Source: an uncultured Pelagibacteraceae bacterium
GTDB taxonomy: Bacteria > Pseudomonadota > Alphaproteobacteria > Pelagibacterales > Pelagibacteraceae
Assembly: GCA_902595565.1 (NCBI GenBank)
Contig: CACJQO010000004.1
Location: 6,847 to 70,846, forward strand
Direction of reading: 5' to 3'
DNA length: 64,000 bases
Shown here: positions 58,809 to 64,000 of the stretch, piece by piece
How positions within the stretch are numbered: position 1 is the first letter of the stretch
Layout of the letters: each line of letters starts with the position of its first letter
Position numbers and translations under genes: made by a program
The notes under the pieces: generated by a model
What the model was told of the DNA's origin: nothing
Databases searched by the model: none
What the model saw: the letters and a program-made list of their open reading frames with translations, nothing else

Positions 58809-59307
58809 CAGGAAATTTTTCTAATAAATAATTACTACCTTTTTCTAAATATGGAAAGATTAATGATTTACTTAAATTTACTGGCCATTTATCGTAATTA
58901 TATACAATGTGTACACCTGAGAAGATACATACTGAGATAATATAAGCTTTGATAAATCCAAAAAAGAATCCAAACATTGTATCTAAACTTCCAAGGCCAG
59001 TGAATCGGACGGCTTTTCTGATACCTCTGTTAATGATTAAAATTAAAAATATAACGATTACAAATATTGTAACGCCTAAAACTATATCTAGAATATACTC
59101 GTTATCAATTACGCCCTTCAAATAAGGTTTTGCTCTTGGGAATATTATCAATGTAATTATATAGGCTAGAAACCATTTAGCCATTGACAGAATACTTAAA
59201 ACAAAACCTTTTCTGTAACCTCCAATTAAAGTGAAAATTGTAATTATTAAATATAAGATGTCTAAAACGTTTGTAGTTTTATAAAAATCTACAACAAAAT
59301 CTTGCAT
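58762..59307 (-). CDS. cvpA: CvpA (colicin V production) family membrane protein
   Basis: GYRKGFV..ILS, LD.MFG.FFG..K; conserved position upstream of purF. Confidence 0.9.
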   Translation of the reverse strand: MQDFVVDFYKTTNVLDILYLIITIFTLIGGYRKGFVLSILSMAKWFLAYIITLIIFPRAKPYLKGVIDNEYILDIVLGVTIFVIVIFLILIINRGIRKAVRFTGLGSLDTMFGFFFGFIKAYIISVCIFSGVHIVYNYDKWPVNLSKSLIFPYLEKGSNYLLEKFPDEKTYQKSKEKIENI

Positions 59308-59311
59308 CTAA

Positions 59312-61699
59312 TTATTTACTAAACGGTTTAATCAATAAAATCAAAGAAGGAAGCAACGTTAAAACTGAGACCATAGCTAATAACATCGCTAATCCAGTAA
59401 AAATACCAAAATAGATTGTCGGTATAAATTTTGATAAGACTAATATCGAAAACCCAAAAACTATTGTTATAGAGGTATTTAAAATTGCTTTGCCAACTGT
59501 AGAATGGCACAAAATAAGAGTTTTATTATAATCCTTTGAGGTACTAAATTCTTCCTTAAACCTATAAATATAATGAATACTATTATCTACAGCTATTCCA
59601 ATTGTAATTGCGGCTATTGTGATAGTCATCATATCCAATGGAATACCAAGTAATCCTATTATTCCTAATATAAAAAAAGCTGCTATAAAATTTGGTACTA
59701 CACCAATTAGAGAAAGTTTAATATTTTTGAATAAGATTACAAACATTCCAAATATTCCAATCATCACTAAACCTAAAGTTAGTATTTGAGATTTAAAAAG
59801 ACTTTGGAGCAAGTTATTAAATAAAATTAAAACACCCCCAAGTTTAAACTCATTTTCTTTTAATCCCAATTCGTTTTTTAAGTCATAATTAATTTTTTTT
59901 ATGAGATCATTTCTTCTTAAATTTTCTTGAGAGTCTATGATCCTTAGATTAATTCTTGCTTCATTGTCTTTTATGGAGATATATGGATCAATTATTTCAG
60001 TCTTAATACTTTCAGGTATTTTTGAATAAAGGACACCCATTTCTAATGTTCCTAAAGGCTTATTATTATTTAGCATTGTTGCTACATCAATTATTGATGA
60101 AAAGGATAAAACTTTTCCAACTTGAGGCAAATCATCTAGATAGTTATGAACAGAGGAAATTCTATCTATTTTATCTTTGGTAAACCAGTATTTATCATCA
60201 TTCTCATTTTCTTCATCTCCCCAATCTTCAAAATCATCTTCATCATCAGTTTTCTTATTTTCTTTCTTTGGAAACTTTAAAATTACTTCAAGCGGAGTTG
60301 TTCCACCTAATTTTTCGTCTATAAGTTTCATACCTTTATAGATTTCAGTTTTTTTACTGAAATAATTAATGAAACTATTTTCAACTTCTAGTCTGCTTAT
60401 ACCGATTAAACTAAGAATGATAACTACTATAGTTAGGGCAAAAATTGTTTTGTGATTATTTAGGGAAATTTGCGCAAAGAAAGAGGTAATTTTTGATCCT
60501 TCTTGTTTTTTTTGAAATATTTTTTCTTTTGGCATAAAGTTTATTAGCGATGGAAGTAATGTAAAGGTAATAACAAACGATGTAATTAAACCCAAGGTCA
60601 TCATCCAACCAAAATCAATAATTGGTTTAATTTCACTGAAGATTAAAGATAAAAAGGCAATTATTGTTGTTAATGCAGTATATAAAATTGGCCAAAACAT
60701 TTTATTAGTTGTTAAAGTAATCAGCTCTATAATTTTTTTATTTGGATGAATTTCATTAATTTGTAAAAATCTTGTGCTCATGTGAATATTCATTGCCATT
60801 GTTAAAATTAACATTAATGCAATGAAGTTTGATGAAATAACTGTAACTTTCCATCCCAATAACCCAAGCAAGCCTGTCATGATTGTTACTGAAAAAAAAC
60901 AACTACTTATGGGAACAATAATCCAAATTAGTTTTCTAAATACAAACCATAATGTTGCGATAATAAATAATAAAACACCTAATCCAAAAACCACTATATC
61001 ACTTTTAATAAATGTCATCATATCGTCGGCAATCATAGGAATCCCACCTAGATTTATTTTTCCAATATTATTATAACTTTTAATGACATCTCTAATTTCA
61101 AGAATATTCTGATGATTCTGTTTTTTTATTAAGTCTTTATAAGCTTCAATCTCTTCTTTTGTTTTATTTGAAATATTTTCTATTGGTTCTTTATTTTTTA
61201 TATTAACTATAATTCCAGAGGTTTTCCCATCTTCGCTAATAACAAAATTTCTAAATACGGGGCTACTTAAAATCTCATCAAACCCTCTTTCTTTATCTAT
61301 ATCCTCATCTTTTAAAGTCTTAAAATTTTCTAATCTCTCTTGTAAGGGTGCATCTGAATTATTTAATAAAGGAATATCTAAAAGTGTAATAACACTATGA
61401 ACCCACTTCAAACTTTGAATTTTATATTTTAAACTTAGAAGGTTGTTTATAGAAACATCAGAGATCATCTTTTCATTAGGTGTATAAGTTAATATTAAAA
61501 ATTCCTTTGAACCGTACCTGTTTGTAATTTCTTTAAGATATTCAAGGTCTGGATCTCCCTCAATTAGCAGTGTCTCTGATGAGGCGTCTAATTTAAAATC
61601 TTTGGAATAATAGCCAAAAGTAAATAAGGCTATGACCAAGAATATCAATATCGCCTTTGGATTTTTAAGAATTATATTTTGATAAAATTGGGCAATCAT
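59312..61699 (-). CDS. MMPL/RND family lipid transporter
   Basis: Two-repeat membrane architecture; TTIIAFLSL, GIAVDNSIHY, TLLPSL twice. Confidence 0.88.
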   Translation of the reverse strand: MIAQFYQNIILKNPKAILIFLVIALFTFGYYSKDFKLDASSETLLIEGDPDLEYLKEITNRYGSKEFLILTYTPNEKMISDVSINNLLSLKYKIQSLKWVHSVITLLDIPLLNNSDAPLQERLENFKTLKDEDIDKERGFDEILSSPVFRNFVISEDGKTSGIIVNIKNKEPIENISNKTKEEIEAYKDLIKKQNHQNILEIRDVIKSYNNIGKINLGGIPMIADDMMTFIKSDIVVFGLGVLLFIIATLWFVFRKLIWIIVPISSCFFSVTIMTGLLGLLGWKVTVISSNFIALMLILTMAMNIHMSTRFLQINEIHPNKKIIELITLTTNKMFWPILYTALTTIIAFLSLIFSEIKPIIDFGWMMTLGLITSFVITFTLLPSLINFMPKEKIFQKKQEGSKITSFFAQISLNNHKTIFALTIVVIILSLIGISRLEVENSFINYFSKKTEIYKGMKLIDEKLGGTTPLEVILKFPKKENKKTDDEDDFEDWGDEENENDDKYWFTKDKIDRISSVHNYLDDLPQVGKVLSFSSIIDVATMLNNNKPLGTLEMGVLYSKIPESIKTEIIDPYISIKDNEARINLRIIDSQENLRRNDLIKKINYDLKNELGLKENEFKLGGVLILFNNLLQSLFKSQILTLGLVMIGIFGMFVILFKNIKLSLIGVVPNFIAAFFILGIIGLLGIPLDMMTITIAAITIGIAVDNSIHYIYRFKEEFSTSKDYNKTLILCHSTVGKAILNTSITIVFGFSILVLSKFIPTIYFGIFTGLAMLLAMVSVLTLLPSLILLIKPFSK

Positions 61700-61720
61700 C
61701 TTACCCTTTTATATTGGAAT

Positions 61721-63139
61721 TTAGTTAGTTTGAGTATCTTTAAATTTAGTAAACATTGCCTCAAACTCTAAAAATACATTTCCTGTTGGACCATGTCTTT
61801 GTTTGCCAATAATTAATTCTGCCAGATTAGATACTTCATTCATCTTTGCTTGCCATTCAGCATGCTCTACAGTTGCTGGTTTTGGTTCTTTATTTTCTAA
61901 ATAATAAGATTCTCTATATACAAACATTACTACATCTGCGTCTTGCTCTATCGAGCCGGATTCTCTTAAGTCAGACAGTTGGGGTTTTTTATTATCTCTC
62001 TGTTCTACTTGTCTTGATAATTGTGAAAGAGCAACTACAGGTATTGATAATTCTTTAGCAATCGCTTTTAAACCTTGAGTAATTTCTGATACTTCTTGAA
62101 CACGCCCATCTTTATAATTTAAAGTTCCTCTCATTAACTGAATGTAATCGACAATAATCATATCAAGACCATGAGTCCTTTTTATTCTTCGTGCTCGATT
62201 ACTCATTGCTGCAATTGTTATTGCTGGTGTTTCGTCAATATAAAGTGGAAGTTCAGATATATTTTTTGAAGTCTCTATAAATTTGTCAAATTGTTCATCA
62301 GAAATTTTACCTCTTCTTATATCATTTGATTTAATTCTAGATTGTTCTGCTAAAATTCTAGTAGACAATTGTTCAGATGACATTTCTAATGAAAAAAAAG
62401 CAATGGATGATTTCTTACCACTTTCTTGTAATTTTTGGGCTGCATTAAAAGCGATGTTAGTAGCTAGTGCTGTTTTTCCCATGCCAGGTCTTCCTGCAAT
62501 TATGATCAAGTCAGATTTGTGTAGACCTCCTAATCTATCATCTAAATCTCTTAGTCCAGTAGGAACTCCAACTATACCTTCATCATTTTTATAAGCAGCT
62601 GAGGCCATATCAATTGTATCTTTTAATGCCTTGTCAAATTTTATAAAGGAAGAGCTAAAAGATCCTTTTTCAGCTAATTTAAATAATTCTTTTTCTGAAT
62701 TTTCAATTATTTGTTGTCCAGTTGTATCAAGATTACCTAACTTAGCATCATCAATCGTTTGTTCAGAAATTTTTATCAGTTCTCTTCGTACAAACATATC
62801 ATAGATAATTTTTGAATATTCGATTGCTTGTCTTACAGATGTTGAAAATTTTGTAATTTTAACCAAATATTCCGGGACATTAATTTCATCTTTTTCATCT
62901 TCAAAATAATTTTTTAAAGTTATGGGATTAGCTAACAACCCTTTGTAAATTAAACTTTCTATTGCTCCAAAAATTTTTTGATGCATTGGATCATAAAAGT
63001 TATTACTGGTAATAATTATATTTAATTCATCAAAAATTTCATTTGAAACAAGTATAGAACCAATTACTGCTTGTTCAGCCTCAATATTATTTGGTAATTC
63101 ATTAAATTTATTTTTAACAATTGTAAGATTATTTTCCAC
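61721..63139 (-). CDS. dnaB: Replicative DNA helicase
   Basis: EAEQAVIG, GRPGMGKT, FSLEM, VDYIQLM, SDLRESGSIEQDAD. Confidence 0.99.
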   Translation of the reverse strand: MENNLTIVKNKFNELPNNIEAEQAVIGSILVSNEIFDELNIIITSNNFYDPMHQKIFGAIESLIYKGLLANPITLKNYFEDEKDEINVPEYLVKITKFSTSVRQAIEYSKIIYDMFVRRELIKISEQTIDDAKLGNLDTTGQQIIENSEKELFKLAEKGSFSSSFIKFDKALKDTIDMASAAYKNDEGIVGVPTGLRDLDDRLGGLHKSDLIIIAGRPGMGKTALATNIAFNAAQKLQESGKKSSIAFFSLEMSSEQLSTRILAEQSRIKSNDIRRGKISDEQFDKFIETSKNISELPLYIDETPAITIAAMSNRARRIKRTHGLDMIIVDYIQLMRGTLNYKDGRVQEVSEITQGLKAIAKELSIPVVALSQLSRQVEQRDNKKPQLSDLRESGSIEQDADVVMFVYRESYYLENKEPKPATVEHAEWQAKMNEVSNLAELIIGKQRHGPTGNVFLEFEAMFTKFKDTQTN

Positions 63140-63205
63140 GCATCATTCTACGTTAATTTTATACAAAATAAATTTCAAATATTAATTGGGGAAAAAATTG
63201 TATAA

Positions 63206-63664
63206 TTATTGAATAGTCTCTGCTGACTCAACCACAATATGTATCTCTGCATCAATCTCAGAATGTAAAGATACTCTCACTTTAAATCTTCCAAGAGATT
63301 TGATTTCTTTAATAGGTTGAATCATTGATGGTGTTATCTCTAATTTTTCTTCTTCTTTAATAATTTTGGAAATCTCTGTAGGTTTGACCGAACCATATAA
63401 TTCTTTATTTTCAGTCGCAAGTTTTTTAACAAAGAATTCTTTTTTATTAATTTTTTCTGATATTTTTTTTGCTTCTTGTTTTTTTTCGTTATCTTTTTTG
63501 GACAATTGTGTCTTTATTTTTTCAACTTGGTTTATATTTTCTTTTGAAGCATATAATGCTTTTTTATTTGCTATAAGAAAGTTTCTAGCAAAACCTCTCT
63601 TAACGTCTATAATTTCTCCTATAGATCCAATTCTTTTAATATTCTCTAGTAGTATTACTTTCAT
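63206..63664 (-). CDS. rplI: 50S ribosomal protein L9
   Basis: MKVILLE..G..G..V.RGFARNFL, LYGSV. Confidence 0.97.
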   Translation of the reverse strand: MKVILLENIKRIGSIGEIIDVKRGFARNFLIANKKALYASKENINQVEKIKTQLSKKDNEKKQEAKKISEKINKKEFFVKKLATENKELYGSVKPTEISKIIKEEEKLEITPSMIQPIKEIKSLGRFKVRVSLHSEIDAEIHIVVESAETIQ

Positions 63665-63937
63665 TTACAACAAAGCCAAGTTTCTTGCTCTTTTTATTGA
63701 TAAAGATAATTCTCTTTGTTTTTTTTGACTAACGTTAGTTATTCTTGACGGAAGAATTTTACCATTTTCCGACACATATCTTTTTAATAATTTTATGTTT
63801 TTATAATCGATAATAGGGGCACCTTTTACTGACAATGGGCAATTTTTCTTAAATTTATATTTATTTGGTTGAAAAATACTTAATTTTGCGAAATTACTTT
63901 GTTTGTTTTTTCTATTTCCACTTTGTCTTTTAGGCAT
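63665..63937 (-). CDS. rpsR: 30S ribosomal protein S18
   Basis: [29 protein letters not shown]. Confidence 0.97.
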   Translation of the reverse strand: MPKRQSGNRKNKQSNFAKLSIFQPNKYKFKKNCPLSVKGAPIIDYKNIKLLKRYVSENGKILPSRITNVSQKKQRELSLSIKRARNLALL

Positions 63938-63939
63938 AA

Positions 63940-64000
63940 TTAATTATTAGAATTCTCTTTTTTATCAATTCCATCCTTTTTTGAAAAAAAATTTGTTTCT
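63940..64000 (-). CDS. rpsF: 3' end of the upstream gene, probably ribosomal protein S6 (partial)
   Basis: Open frame ...[19 protein letters not shown] stops 2 nt before rpsR; identity comes only from rpsF-rpsR-rplI synteny. Confidence 0.55.
   Translation of the reverse strand, partial: ETNFFSKKDGIDKKENSNN

Noticed and set aside
1-64000. CRISPR arrays, tRNA/rRNA genes, IS elements, defence systems
   Set aside because: No repeat-spacer periodicity, cloverleaf, transposase or nuclease motifs seen; nearly all sequence is accounted for by CDS.

Overview
AT-rich, tightly packed alphaproteobacterial chromosome segment with the hallmarks of a SAR11 (Pelagibacterales) genome: proteorhodopsin next to fdx and a ferredoxin reductase, a tandem glycine riboswitch before gcvTHP, and tiny intergenic spacers. 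The taxonomy is inferred from gene content, not from a search. Most of the window is housekeeping: recA, alaS, icd, psd-pssA, rlmE, guaBA, panB, gshAB, purF, dnaB, rplI, rpsR. I saw no rRNA, tRNA, CRISPR array, transposase or prophage. The most interesting modules are: (1) a DMT transporter, creatinase and Arg:Gly-type amidinotransferase operon, divergent from an HPP-family protein and NAD-formate dehydrogenase, which suggests an undescribed creatine/guanidino scavenging route; (2) a cluster resembling the Rhodobacter furan-fatty-acid (singlet-oxygen defence) genes, attached directly behind gcvP and next to tspO, selO and msrA; (3) a TRAP transporter of the pyroglutamate-binding type beside pxpABC; (4) regulatory features: LexA boxes at umuD and recA, a GANTC/DnaA-box cluster, a structured proteorhodopsin leader, and two tiny ORFs behind dksA. 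Functional calls rest on motif recognition from memory; no database searches were run.
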